64,000 bases of DNA from a virus: IMG/VR virus record IMGVR_UViG_3300003323_000567, positions 1-64,000 of that record; one strand, given 5' to 3'. Positions 39,962 to 49,951 of the stretch are shown piece after piece. A program made the translations under genes and the position numbers. The notes beneath the pieces were generated by a model. The model saw only the letters and a list, made by a program, of their open reading frames with translations, made no database searches and was not told the origin of the DNA. The first letter of the stretch is position 1, and each line of letters opens with the position of its first letter.

Positions 39962-40657
39962 TTAATTGAACAATGCTTCTGTATCAGCCACTTGTCTCTC
40001 GGACTTCTTTGCAAATTCTATTACTTTTGTCAGTACTTCATTGCTATCATTAGGTATCTTGTACACATCTTCTCCAAATATACCTGGAGGACATTTTGCA
40101 CTTGTACCTTCTGCAGCCAGCTTAAAGAAGTACTTTGGCTTCTCATTCTCAAACTTACTATCAGCATACAGGACTATGGTAAATTCTTTCTCTATCATTC
40201 CTTCCCACTCTTTACCCTTAGTCTTAATCCGTTTCTCAGGCTCTCCCTCAATATTGATCACTTCATAGTGACCAGTGAGGAACATTTCCTTTTCCACAGA
40301 CTTGATCAGATTCATAAATTTACTAATACCCCTGTTGTAATTATCCCACACGTCAAACCCCCTGAAATTAGCTCTCATTTCATCCAGCAACATCTCAAAT
40401 ATTGCTGACATGCTATCAACCACAATGCAATTGATCTCAGGATTCTTGTTGTAATCCTCGATAGCCTTCAAAGCTCCTGCGAACTTCTTTGGCTTTGCAT
40501 AGTGTTTAAAGCTCTTCTCGAAAGGGAGAGGCTTATTCTCAGCATTCACATAACCAGTAGTTGTCTCTGGCATGTTTCTGAAGCTGTGAGTCTTACCTTT
40601 CCCTGGGGGGCTTACCAAGCAAATCTTGTGATAATCTCTGATAGTTTTTGTAGCCAT
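39962..40657 (-). CDS. AAA_24/Sak4-like P-loop ATPase
   Basis: SPPGKGKT Walker A and IVVDSMS Walker B. Confidence 0.8.
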   Translation of the reverse strand: MATKTIRDYHKICLVSPPGKGKTHSFRNMPETTTGYVNAENKPLPFEKSFKHYAKPKKFAGALKAIEDYNKNPEINCIVVDSMSAIFEMLLDEMRANFRGFDVWDNYNRGISKFMNLIKSVEKEMFLTGHYEVINIEGEPEKRIKTKGKEWEGMIEKEFTIVLYADSKFENEKPKYFFKLAAEGTSAKCPPGIFGEDVYKIPNDSNEVLTKVIEFAKKSERQVADTEALFN

Positions 40658-40665
40658 ATTTAGAA

Positions 40666-40857
40666 TTACAATTTAACATCTTCAAGAGTATCCCATCTCC
40701 ACATCTGATTGACATTTTTTAGCTTGAAACCCAAGAAGAATTGATTAGAAATATCAGGTGAAAAAGGTATCAAATTTACTTCTTTTTCCTGAGATTTCCT
40801 AATCTTTTCAAGGATTTCAGCCTTCCTTTTGCGGATTTTCTCCAATGTTTCTGTCAT
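40666..40857 (-). CDS. Hypothetical protein
   Basis: 63-aa ORF. Confidence 0.45.
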   Translation of the reverse strand: MTETLEKIRKRKAEILEKIRKSQEKEVNLIPFSPDISNQFFLGFKLKNVNQMWRWDTLEDVKL

Positions 40858-41065
40858 CTTTTAAAAGCATTTCGTGTCTAGTAATTACCTTTCCATAAAG
40901 TATACTTATGCTCACAAGATCCCTAAGAGCCTTGTTGAGGAATGCAGTGTTATATTCAGTTGTACCATAGACGCAGCAGATGTCTTCGATTATCTTTTCT
41001 GTCTGTTCTTCTGTGAATTGAATGGCTTCTATTGCAGAAAGTTGGGTTTCAAGTAAGCTTCTCAT
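40817..41065 (-). CDS. Hypothetical protein
   Basis: 82-aa ORF coupled to the NAMPT-family stop codon. Confidence 0.5.
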   Translation of the reverse strand: MRSLLETQLSAIEAIQFTEEQTEKIIEDICCVYGTTEYNTAFLNKALRDLVSISILYGKVITRHEMLLKDDRNIGENPQKEG

Positions 41066-42594
41066 AAAGATTGCTTTATTCTTTTCCGAATGTTAGCAAG
41101 GTTGTCATTTACCAATAATTTTCCATCTCTGAAGACTGTCTCTAAATCACAATTCATGACATGCTGCCAATTGGTCTGATCATACATCACATAAGTCCCT
41201 TTCTCTGGATCATAATCAACTGCTATTAACCCTCTGGCTGATTTCTTTTCACCTGAATCAGTAATAGGATCCTTGAAGATCTCTCTACTTTCAATTTCTG
41301 TGGTCAAAAATCCAACAGAATCATCTTTATGTTCCACTTCTACTTCTCCATAGGTAGCTTTCATTGCCCAACCCTGAGTGTCTCGTGTATTGTACTGATA
41401 AGTAAAACTACCAATACCCAACACAATGTTAGTTGAAGCGAACCCTTTGGCTTCCAATCTTTTACAAATGGAATTGGCCCTATCCAGGTTAATGGAATCC
41501 CCATAGATAGCACCAATATGAGAATCAAGTTCTTTGTATCCATTTGCATTGATTTTACCTCCGAAAATGTCCCATAGAAGTTCTATTACTCCTTTTTTCT
41601 CAGCTTCAGTAGATTCTACCCATTGACCTTTCACTAACCTCCTTTCACAACCACAGATAATATCTACTGGATCTCCTGAGTCTGGTCTAATAACCAGCTT
41701 GCCATCTCTGGACATTATCTCCTCCCTGAGGGCAGGTAAGTACTCAAGAATCAGTTTCCAAAGATCCCATGTATCAGCTACTGCTGAAAAGGGGCCTGTA
41801 GGATAGAGTTTTAGAAGTCTCCTAAGAGTCTCTAATTCACCATTTTGCATCCCCATACACATTACAGAGTGTTCAGTAGCTGGTATAGAACCACCTATTA
41901 GCTCCTTCTCTGCATCTGCATTGTAGTACTCCTCAAGGAAGTCTATGGCTGGAACTGTATCTGTGCCTGTAAAGGATAATAAATGACCTGCACCAGACAT
42001 TGCTGCTGACTCAATGCTACTCATACCCCTAAAGGAGAAGTCATGTCCCTGCCATGGAACAAAATCCATTGGACCTCCTGTTTTCTCAGCCCAGCTATCC
42101 AGTAGCTTCCTGTACTCTGCAGCTATAGTAGCTGAGGTACACATCTGCCAGAGGGAAGCTGACATGCAGGTCTCCAGGTAGTTAACCAGCCAGAAGAAAT
42201 CTGGATCGGTATTCCACATTACGAGAGGAGGCACTTTAATTGGAACTCTCGATCCTTCAGGAAGAGCCATAATCTGTAAAGGAAGATAGCCCAGATCATG
42301 AAGATCAGAAATGTGTTTACTACCAATGGCATTGGGTCCAAGGGCAGTGTCTTTGCGGCGGTTGAAAGACTTAATAACATCATCTTTTGATTTGTCAAAG
42401 AAGTTCTCATTCCATTGTTTGATCAAGTATTCCTTTATAAAGTATTGAAGACCAAAGAATATTACATGATCAACGTTTGGAATTCTACTCTTCCTTGGAG
42501 TGAAGTTAGAAAATACCAGTTTAGTTCCTTCTGGATACTGCCTTCTATGGTCAGCTTTATACCAGTCTATTAGGTGAAGTGGATTAATATGCAT
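41062..42594 (-). CDS. Nicotinamide phosphoribosyltransferase family (NAMPT/Namat-like)
   Basis: DWYKADH, HDFSFRG, PATEHSVM, VIRPDSGDP, IYGDSI and KKSARG motifs. Confidence 0.93.
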   Translation of the reverse strand: MHINPLHLIDWYKADHRRQYPEGTKLVFSNFTPRKSRIPNVDHVIFFGLQYFIKEYLIKQWNENFFDKSKDDVIKSFNRRKDTALGPNAIGSKHISDLHDLGYLPLQIMALPEGSRVPIKVPPLVMWNTDPDFFWLVNYLETCMSASLWQMCTSATIAAEYRKLLDSWAEKTGGPMDFVPWQGHDFSFRGMSSIESAAMSGAGHLLSFTGTDTVPAIDFLEEYYNADAEKELIGGSIPATEHSVMCMGMQNGELETLRRLLKLYPTGPFSAVADTWDLWKLILEYLPALREEIMSRDGKLVIRPDSGDPVDIICGCERRLVKGQWVESTEAEKKGVIELLWDIFGGKINANGYKELDSHIGAIYGDSINLDRANSICKRLEAKGFASTNIVLGIGSFTYQYNTRDTQGWAMKATYGEVEVEHKDDSVGFLTTEIESREIFKDPITDSGEKKSARGLIAVDYDPEKGTYVMYDQTNWQHVMNCDLETVFRDGKLLVNDNLANIRKRIKQSL

Positions 42595-43084
42595 ATTTGC
42601 AACTTGCTCTGGTTTTAGTGCGTTTAATAATAAGTTTCACTGCCTCCCTGAGATCCCCCTTCTGGGCAATCCTGTTGGCATCACAGAATATATCCACATT
42701 GCCCTTCTTCTCATACCCCTCGGGACATACAACAACCATCTTGTGGGCAAAAGCTCCGAGTTCAAGAAGGGTAATGGGAGAAACTGTACCAGGATCAAAG
42801 TAGGTAAGAACCAAATCTGATTCTCTTAAACCTCTTAGTTCCCAGTTAACCTGCTGGCTGAACACTGGATCTTCAAAGTCATTGAGCACAGTGTTATCCC
42901 AGTCATCCCTACGAGGATTGAGAATCTGGTATTTACCATTGAGCCTTTTTGGAATAAGCTCTTCAAAGAGCTCAATGGCCTCTTGCTGCCATTCAGAAGC
43001 TGCTCCCATCTCAATTGAACCTGCCAAAAATATGGTAACTGGAGCTTTCCAGTCTACCCGGTGTGGTGCTTGTATTACTTTCAT
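42584..43084 (-). CDS. Nucleoside 2-deoxyribosyltransferase-like protein
   Basis: IFLAGSI...WQ...NPRR...QVNWE...SPITLLELG. Confidence 0.85.
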   Translation of the reverse strand: MKVIQAPHRVDWKAPVTIFLAGSIEMGAASEWQQEAIELFEELIPKRLNGKYQILNPRRDDWDNTVLNDFEDPVFSQQVNWELRGLRESDLVLTYFDPGTVSPITLLELGAFAHKMVVVCPEGYEKKGNVDIFCDANRIAQKGDLREAVKLIIKRTKTRASCKYAY

Positions 43085-43086
43085 AA

Positions 43087-43386
43087 TTAAAATTTAGAAT
43101 ACTTTTTTGTTTCAATGTATGTTCGGAACTTGTCCATCTTGAACTTGATCCTTTTGTTTACCTTATCCTTCGGAAATAACTCCTTAAGAACTTCCATCCT
43201 GATTATCACATCGCCTATCTCATCAATAATCTCTTGCTCTTCTGGAGCTCCAGATATCGGTTTGTTGAGCTTTTGCATCAGAACAAGGGCCAATTCCATC
43301 AGTTCTTCTACTGTTTTCTTGAAATTGTGATCTCCATTATTCTTCACCATGTAATCAACCACATTCTGATCTATCATAATTACCAA
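43087..43386 (-). CDS. MazG-like nucleotide pyrophosphohydrolase
   Basis: KTVEELMEL...IIDEIGDV. Confidence 0.7.
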   Translation of the reverse strand: MVIMIDQNVVDYMVKNNGDHNFKKTVEELMELALVLMQKLNKPISGAPEEQEIIDEIGDVIIRMEVLKELFPKDKVNKRIKFKMDKFRTYIETKKYSKF

Positions 43387-43798
43387 GTTTTACTGTTCTG
43401 ACAAGCTCTGTGAGCTCATCATAGACTTGAATCAATCCTGCTCTATCATCTAAAAGAGCACTGAAAAATGGCTTCCTGGACTCCCAGGGGAGGCTGATAC
43501 CATCAGTATTCACACCATCAAAAGGTATTTTATTATCTTCCAGAAACTTAATGACATAAGAATGATCTTTGTAAGCAGTCCAGCATACAAGTTTACATCC
43601 TATCTCTTTAAGATCTCTTAATAGTTGAATAACCTGATGGTAGGTAGCTCCTTTAGCATGATAATCATGGACTGTACCATCAAAATCGAAGCCTATACAC
43701 AGGCTCTTATGCTTGTAATACTCTGCAAGGAGCCTATTGTAAGAGGCGTTCTTTGCAAGATACTCATCACAAAGAAATTCCGTATTTGTCTGGGTCAT
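43355..43798 (-). CDS. HAD-superfamily hydrolase
   Basis: FDFDGTV, WTA and KP...LLDDRA motifs. Confidence 0.8.
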   Translation of the reverse strand: MTQTNTEFLCDEYLAKNASYNRLLAEYYKHKSLCIGFDFDGTVHDYHAKGATYHQVIQLLRDLKEIGCKLVCWTAYKDHSYVIKFLEDNKIPFDGVNTDGISLPWESRKPFFSALLDDRAGLIQVYDELTELVRTVKLGNYDRSECG

Positions 43799-44609
43799 AA
43801 GCTATTTGTTTTATTGGAACATCGGGATTTACATACACCCCTAGGGAATCTGAGCAAATGACTTGATCAAAGTAGGGTGCCAGAACACCAGTTCCCTTTG
43901 AAAAGATTCCATGAGTGACTATGAGAGTCATGGATAGAGGATTCCACCCTTGATCTCTCAGTTGTTTAGCAATGGCAATAAAGGTTCCTCCTCCATCACA
44001 AATATCATCAATAATAACACAGTGTCTCCCAGCACAAGTGGCAGGATTCAGAACTCCCAGAGTTATCTTCCCTGTGGAAAGATCCCTGTGCTTAATGCAT
44101 TGAACAGTATCTGTGATATTGGAGTTCCATTCTGCATATTTGTATGCCTTTTTAGCAGCCCCAGCATCTGGTACAATTAGCACCGCATTTTCCTTATCAT
44201 AGATCTGTACCAGATCCTTATTATCCACTACTATTGAACCCTTTATCAAAGCAGGGGCTACATCTGAATGGGGGTCATAGAGATACACATCCAAGAACTC
44301 AAGTGAGTTGATAATATCTGCTACTACTTTAAGACCAAAGCTGCTCCCCAGGGGAAGATCATGATTCCTATCTGAGCGAGCGCCTAATAAATATGTAATG
44401 TGCAACTCACTTTTTGATATAGCTTTGTGATGATCCAGGGCACTTGAGACCATACAAAGGTCAAGGAGCTTAGCTGGGCTATCCAGAGATACTATCACTC
44501 TTGCCAGGTATTCTTCAAGTGCTACATCAACATGGATATGAGGCTGAGAATCTGGGAAGACTGTCTTTTTATAGCCTTCTCCTGTGTTCAAATTGATGGT
44601 TTTTATCAT
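43767..44609 (-). CDS. Ribose-phosphate pyrophosphokinase family (PRPS/Adps-like)
   Basis: FPDSQ, YLLGARSDR, DPHS, VPDAGA and IIDDICDGGGTF motifs. Confidence 0.9.
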   Translation of the reverse strand: MIKTINLNTGEGYKKTVFPDSQPHIHVDVALEEYLARVIVSLDSPAKLLDLCMVSSALDHHKAISKSELHITYLLGARSDRNHDLPLGSSFGLKVVADIINSLEFLDVYLYDPHSDVAPALIKGSIVVDNKDLVQIYDKENAVLIVPDAGAAKKAYKYAEWNSNITDTVQCIKHRDLSTGKITLGVLNPATCAGRHCVIIDDICDGGGTFIAIAKQLRDQGWNPLSMTLIVTHGIFSKGTGVLAPYFDQVICSDSLGVYVNPDVPIKQIAYDPDKYGISL

Positions 44610-44610
44610 A

Positions 44611-45693
44611 CTATCTGTTTTCAGGTAAAAAGAATGTGTTGTTCAGAATTGATTCATAAACCTCAGGAGTCATGTCTGCTATCTTTGGCATCTCCTTGAA
44701 CATACCTATTACAGGCTGGAATGCCAGACCTATCCTAATGTCATCTGACCCATAGGAATTCTTAAGGATCTTCAGAGACCTATACATCTTCATACCCTCT
44801 CTGCTCCTCAGCATTGACAAATCATATCCAGAAGGGTCTGGAACTTTGTATCGCATAGGATCAAACAAGGATAGAACAATGTCAGCATCCTCCTGAGTTG
44901 CTCCAGTGTCTTTAAAATCCTCCAGCATAGGCTCTACATCCCCTGCCTTCAGTCTTATCGGACTAGAAATATCCCTATTGAACTGAGAGACCTCTACAAT
45001 AGACCCCCCATAATAATCCCTCTCCATTCGATCATCCTCAGAGGCCTTGTCTATTACATCCTTTTTGGTTGCCAGACCAGACTCCTTCTTTAGAAGACCG
45101 GAGTGATCCTTGATCTTCATAATGATCAGGTTAGGATCATTTGGAATATAAACCCTTTTGTGTTCAGTTACTTGTTCCTCTCTACCATGCCTTAAATATA
45201 ACTCCCTCATGTATTTTCTCATCCCTGTGGGGTTTTCTGGCCCATCCATAATGATTACCACATCCATAAGGGCTTCTATATAGTCCCTGTACATAAGAAA
45301 GAGATCATGTTCATCAGGAGTCAATCTTTGATCTCTCGGGCACCAACCCATTAGCCTTGTTACAGGTATAATTACACCATGATCCAGAAAGATTTTCCTC
45401 GAAATCCATTTAGCCAGTTTAAAGTTCTTCCTTCGCTCCATAGACCAATAAGGTATAAGGAGTCTTATTCTCGTAGTGCTGTAATTTTGAAGATACCAAT
45501 CAACAGGATTTAATACAAAGGCATCATCTAGTATAGCAGTCTTGCCACTACCAGTATACCCTCCTATTAGATACTTGGTTGATTTCCTGATACTTATGTG
45601 ATTGTTCAGTCTCTGAAAACCCATTGGTACTCCAGCATTATTGCCCTCTATACCTCCCTGAACTTCTCCTGCCAAATCATCGAATTCACTCAT
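44611..45693 (-). CDS. Replicative helicase (DnaB-like SF4)
   Basis: GYTGSGKT, WSME, SQFNR and DFKDTGATQEDADIV motifs. Confidence 0.85.
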   Translation of the reverse strand: MSEFDDLAGEVQGGIEGNNAGVPMGFQRLNNHISIRKSTKYLIGGYTGSGKTAILDDAFVLNPVDWYLQNYSTTRIRLLIPYWSMERRKNFKLAKWISRKIFLDHGVIIPVTRLMGWCPRDQRLTPDEHDLFLMYRDYIEALMDVVIIMDGPENPTGMRKYMRELYLRHGREEQVTEHKRVYIPNDPNLIIMKIKDHSGLLKKESGLATKKDVIDKASEDDRMERDYYGGSIVEVSQFNRDISSPIRLKAGDVEPMLEDFKDTGATQEDADIVLSLFDPMRYKVPDPSGYDLSMLRSREGMKMYRSLKILKNSYGSDDIRIGLAFQPVIGMFKEMPKIADMTPEVYESILNNTFFLPENR

Positions 45694-45865
45694 CTGAATC
45701 TGTAACAATTATGGTAATTATTTTCTTCGAGCCATCTTCAAGTTCTACTTGAAAAGCATCGCTCAGATCTTTGACTGCTACTATACTATTTAGTTCAGTC
45801 ACTCCTATTTCTGACAACAGAAAGTCCATAAGAAACTTACGTGCCAGCTTCTCAGCATTTGTCAT
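45686..45865 (-). CDS. Hypothetical protein (59 aa)
   Basis: MTNAEKLARKFLMDF...; fills the gap and overlaps the helicase start. Confidence 0.5.
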   Translation of the reverse strand: MTNAEKLARKFLMDFLLSEIGVTELNSIVAVKDLSDAFQVELEDGSKKIITIIVTDSDE

Positions 45866-45868
45866 GTG

Positions 45869-46873
45869 TTAAATTTTCCAATGTTCGTACATTCCTTTTG
45901 TGATCTCATAAGTAGGGCCTTCTTGAGGTTGTCTTTTAGGCTGTTTCTGTACCCACTCCCACATTTTGCTCATGCCAGCCTGCAAGGTAGTCTGATCATA
46001 TTTGAAACTAGAATTGTACTTTTCCACACTACACACTGCTCTCTTGACCTCATGTCTGGCAGGAAGATACTGCACTTCACAGTCCCCTACTGTAGCTTTG
46101 AAGATAGTAGCCAGCTCATTCAGGGTATATGGAATACTGCTTCCAATATTAAAGGTTTCCCTTGAATAGAGAGTGCTTGTTCCAAGCTCCCGTAGGGGGT
46201 CCATGATATCCTGTACATAAGTAAAGCTTCTTTGCTGCTGTCCGTCCCCATAGATCTGTATAGGCTTGTCATTCAGATAGTTGTACATCCAGATACCCAG
46301 TACATTTCTGTATCTGTCCCAGATATTCTGTCTCTCGCCATACACATTAAAGGGTCTCACAATAACATAGTCCAGGTTATGCTGTACCCCTGCAACAAAC
46401 AAGTCTCTCTCACAGGCATACTTTGCTATCCCATAGGGGTCTGCTGGCCTTGGTATATAGAATTCCTTGAATGTGTCACCCCCTCCTCCATGTCCATAGA
46501 CTGCTATGGAAGAGAAGAAGACAAGTCTCTTTATATCCCAGTTGATACATTCATTAACAATGTTCATGGTACCAACCAGGTTATTTGTGTAATTGAACTT
46601 GCGAATAAATGGTGACAATCCTTCTGCTGCATAGGCTGCAGCGTGATAGACTATATCTGGATTCTTTGCTTTGAATATGATATTCATGAGTTGAGTATCT
46701 GTGACATCCCCAACAAGAAAATGCAACCTTTTATTGTCCAGAGGAAGATTTTCACTATATCCTCCACTCATGTCATCAAGTCCAACTATCTCATAATCAG
46801 TATTATCCAAGAGATAATGAACCAGGTTAGAACCTATCATGCCAGCAGCTCCTGTGATTAAAACAGTCTTCAT
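45869..46873 (-). CDS. NAD-dependent nucleotide-sugar epimerase/dehydratase
   Basis: TGAAGMIGS, SSIAVYG, YGIAK (YxxxK) and RPFNVYG motifs. Confidence 0.92.
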   Translation of the reverse strand: MKTVLITGAAGMIGSNLVHYLLDNTDYEIVGLDDMSGGYSENLPLDNKRLHFLVGDVTDTQLMNIIFKAKNPDIVYHAAAYAAEGLSPFIRKFNYTNNLVGTMNIVNECINWDIKRLVFFSSIAVYGHGGGGDTFKEFYIPRPADPYGIAKYACERDLFVAGVQHNLDYVIVRPFNVYGERQNIWDRYRNVLGIWMYNYLNDKPIQIYGDGQQQRSFTYVQDIMDPLRELGTSTLYSRETFNIGSSIPYTLNELATIFKATVGDCEVQYLPARHEVKRAVCSVEKYNSSFKYDQTTLQAGMSKMWEWVQKQPKRQPQEGPTYEITKGMYEHWKI

Positions 46874-46874
46874 A

Positions 46875-47069
46875 TTAGTTTTTTGTAAGTAAATACCCAA
46901 TACCAACAACTATCAAAAGGATTATCAATATCCCTAAGGGGATCCAGATGGGTGAGGTAATCCACCACCAAGACCAATCTACTGTGTGGGTCAGTTTGAG
47001 GATCAGGAATACGATGAATACTAAAGTGCTTGTGCTATAGCCTGTTTTTACTACTTTCTCTTTTGCCAT
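46875..47069 (-). CDS. Small membrane protein
   Basis: FIVFLILKL...WSWWWITSPIW. Confidence 0.7.
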   Translation of the reverse strand: MAKEKVVKTGYSTSTLVFIVFLILKLTHTVDWSWWWITSPIWIPLGILIILLIVVGIGYLLTKN

Positions 47070-47082
47070 AATGAATTGATTT

Positions 47083-47769
47083 TTAAAGTGATATAATCTT
47101 GTTTACATCCTCAGACATTTTACCAGTGAGTCTATATTGGTCCCAGGCAGTTCTATCTTCCCCTATTAGCCTCTCAGCCTCTGTGTAAATAGTATCCTTT
47201 TCCTGCTTCTTGTTACTCCAGTGTCTGTGCTCTATTACCACTTCAGGGAAGTAGTGAATCTTGCCTATAGAGACACCAAGTTCTCTCCAGTAATTGTCTA
47301 TAAAGTAATGCTTTAGTTCAGGAGGAGCCATGAACCCAAGGGCAGCTATAATATCCACATGAATAAAGACATTGTTTGGTAGAGCTTCTCCCTGTAGGAG
47401 ATCATTCCCATAGCAAATTCCCTTATTCTCTTCCAGCCACTGGATAATAGGTGCCTCCCACCCAGGGGTCATAAAGACGCAATCATCTCCCATAAACCCT
47501 ACTCCAATGGATCCTTCTTTCTCCCAATCACTACAAAAAGCATTTAACTTGGAGGTAAGCATTTGCCTCTCTCCGAATAGAATTGCCAGCTCTACCCCAG
47601 ATTCCTTCATGTACTTGTCATGGACCTCATTGTAGTGATACTGATCATCTCCATCCAAGACCATGACAATTCTTGAATACCCTGAGGTAGTTCTTTTCCA
47701 GCTTTCCAATAACCTTTCCATAAGGTGAGGTCTTCCTCTGGAAGGCACAATAACGGTCAGTTTTTTCAT
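47083..47769 (-). CDS. Glycosyltransferase (GT2-like)
   Basis: IVPSRGRP, FMGDD and HYFIDN motifs. Confidence 0.8.
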   Translation of the reverse strand: MKKLTVIVPSRGRPHLMERLLESWKRTTSGYSRIVMVLDGDDQYHYNEVHDKYMKESGVELAILFGERQMLTSKLNAFCSDWEKEGSIGVGFMGDDCVFMTPGWEAPIIQWLEENKGICYGNDLLQGEALPNNVFIHVDIIAALGFMAPPELKHYFIDNYWRELGVSIGKIHYFPEVVIEHRHWSNKKQEKDTIYTEAERLIGEDRTAWDQYRLTGKMSEDVNKIISL

Positions 47770-47900
47770 TTTAATTCTTTGTACATTTTGTAAATGAGGC
47801 TCTCGTCTCCATAGCTCACTCCATCAATAACCAGGATTAAAAGAGGAATGAAGGTTATGGTAGCTGCCACTAGTAGTAATAGGAAAAGAATCAATTTCAT
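47766..47900 (-). CDS. Small membrane peptide (44 aa)
   Basis: MKLILFLLLLVAATITFIPLLILV...; ATGA overlap with the glycosyltransferase gene. Confidence 0.45.
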   Translation of the reverse strand: MKLILFLLLLVAATITFIPLLILVIDGVSYGDESLIYKMYKELK

Positions 47901-48265
47901 ACACATTACGATTTAAAATATCTGATGAAAGTACTCAGAATCTCACAGGAATGGCTTTTTATCACCGTGCCTCTAGTTAATAGTCTGAACGAAAGAGTCC
48001 GCTGGAGTCTTTACACTTCTATCTATCTAACCTTTGGAGCTTAGTTTAAAAAGGGTACCTTACCGAACTTTTCCCTCCATCAGATATAATTAGTTAAAAA
48101 TCAGCCTAACAGTAAGCAGAGCTATCCCCTTAGTAATATCCTTAAAAACCTAAGGAGATTATGTTAGAGCATAGTATAAATAGCTCTCTGGGTCTTGGGT
48201 ATATACTCCCGCAGGGTCTCTGGTTTGCTGATTGCTACTATAGCCCCTTTTTCGCTGGATAAGGT

Positions 48266-48940
48266 TTAGATGTCTACTGCCCCTGTCGAAGCAACATTAC
48301 TGGTAGAGCTCAGTTTTATATCTTCCTTAGGATAAATAAAGTTCTCATATGTCCTTTGGTTGAGATATGTTGCGGAGTTCTGCATATATTTCAATTTGTT
48401 CTCATTGTCCTTCAGAGATTGCTCCTTTTTTAGAGTTATTTCCCTATTCAAAGCTCTAATGAGATCCTCAGCACTGTGCTCCCCTTCAAGAAGTATATCA
48501 TTGAATTTCTTTCTACACTCCTCTTTTCTCAGCCTTAAACCTCTTGATCCACCATAAATTAAGCCTTTTATCACTATATAATCTGTGGAAGGATAGGTTT
48601 TCCACCACTTCTCAAATTGGTAATCTATCTCCTTCATGGTCTCTGCTATCACATCTCCCTTAGGGTCAAGGGGTGACCCGAGAGACTGAAGAAGGTTCTT
48701 TCCCAAAGTGGTAACCTCTCCTTTCTCTGTTATAAGACTCTTCCTATACAAATTTTGCTTCCATGCGGCAATCTTGGAAGAACTCATATGCTTTGCTACA
48801 TCAGTGCCCTCAAAAAGGCATTCCAGAATGAACAGGTGGTTCAAGTCTATTCCAAAAGTCTGTAGCTGTTTGAATCCTTCTATTGTTAGATTGAACACGG
48901 AGGAACCTTGGGCTCTTTGTTCTTGTTGTAACTGTTGCAT
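48266..48940 (-). CDS. Putative replication initiator-like protein
   Basis: wHTH-like N-terminus, FEKWWKTYP and YMQNSATYLNQRTYE. Confidence 0.55.
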   Translation of the reverse strand: MQQLQQEQRAQGSSVFNLTIEGFKQLQTFGIDLNHLFILECLFEGTDVAKHMSSSKIAAWKQNLYRKSLITEKGEVTTLGKNLLQSLGSPLDPKGDVIAETMKEIDYQFEKWWKTYPSTDYIVIKGLIYGGSRGLRLRKEECRKKFNDILLEGEHSAEDLIRALNREITLKKEQSLKDNENKLKYMQNSATYLNQRTYENFIYPKEDIKLSSTSNVASTGAVDI

Positions 48941-49115
48941 ATTGAAGCGATTTAGTGCGTTTTCTCACTTTACCAATCACTACTTTCACACGTCTATTCT
49001 TTTCGAAAAGCTCCCATATAAGCTCAGTTTCCCTTTCATATCTTTCAGTTTCAATAAGAGCCTTGTCCCTGAGGTATTCGAACTCCTCATCTGCTATTTG
49101 GGTAGTAGTCTTCAT
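48810..49115 (-). CDS. Hypothetical protein
   Basis: 101-aa ORF. Confidence 0.45.
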   Translation of the reverse strand: MKTTTQIADEEFEYLRDKALIETERYERETELIWELFEKNRRVKVVIGKVRKRTKSLQYATVTTRTKSPRFLRVQSNNRRIQTATDFWNRLEPPVHSGMPF

Positions 49116-49117
49116 TA

Positions 49118-49573
49118 CTAAAGATTTGATACAGGAGGGATTGTTTCCTGTATACTCTCCAATCCTCTAGGAGGATCAGTATTGGCACGATTAGCACCGT
49201 TGCCAGTAGGATAATTGTGAGGCCCTGAATCCATTTCATATTCTTGGTTTTGTTTTCTACGTTCTTCCCTTTCAAGTTGTTCCGCTTTTTCACGCTCATC
49301 ATGGATAGCTTTGGCCTGAACCATGGCTTCCCGGAACTTTGTTAACTCTCTGATAAGAGTGTCAACTTTGAAAAGGCTATTCTCATATGATCTATCACCA
49401 TCCTCGTTTAAACCAATAGCATAGTGAATAGAGTTCCCACAATCACGCATTTTCAGGGTAGCATCATGACTTGAGCTCTCCTCTGAATAGAACATGATTT
49501 GGGTAAAAATGGAGGCATCGGAATTATGCCCAGGCAAATTCACGAACTCCTTGGATGAATAAAATGGTTTCAT
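49118..49573 (-). CDS. Hypothetical protein
   Basis: 151 aa from MKPFYSSKEF. Confidence 0.55.
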   Translation of the reverse strand: MKPFYSSKEFVNLPGHNSDASIFTQIMFYSEESSSHDATLKMRDCGNSIHYAIGLNEDGDRSYENSLFKVDTLIRELTKFREAMVQAKAIHDEREKAEQLEREERRKQNQEYEMDSGPHNYPTGNGANRANTDPPRGLESIQETIPPVSNL

Positions 49574-49574
49574 A

Positions 49575-49925
49575 TCACACTGGTTTGTAATAGATAGTTT
49601 CTGGATACCTGCCTTCAAAAAGCCACAGAGTGACTGAACATAGCCACATAAGCGTCTCTGATTCAGTATCAAAATAATACCTACCAGAGATAGTAGGTAT
49701 TTCGTCCACTCGTTTAAGCTCATAAAATGGGTTTGGGTAAGTACTTATTTTTTGTTCAGAGATTTGAAGTTTCATCTCTTCTTTATCTTCTGATAGAAAA
49801 TCTAAGAAATCATCTGCCCCAGCTACCATCTGTAGATCTGCTGGATTACCTCCTTGAGCAACATAGCCATCCAAGTCTATCCACCATGTGCCATTCTTTT
49901 CTTTGTAAAACCTAAACTCTCTCAT
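49575..49925 (-). CDS. Conserved phage hypothetical protein
   Basis: WWIDL...LQMVAGADDFLD...WLC...F...YP..IY pattern. Confidence 0.65.
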   Translation of the reverse strand: MREFRFYKEKNGTWWIDLDGYVAQGGNPADLQMVAGADDFLDFLSEDKEEMKLQISEQKISTYPNPFYELKRVDEIPTISGRYYFDTESETLMWLCSVTLWLFEGRYPETIYYKPV

Positions 49926-49951
49926 TTAACACCTCCACTTCTTTTCTAGCC

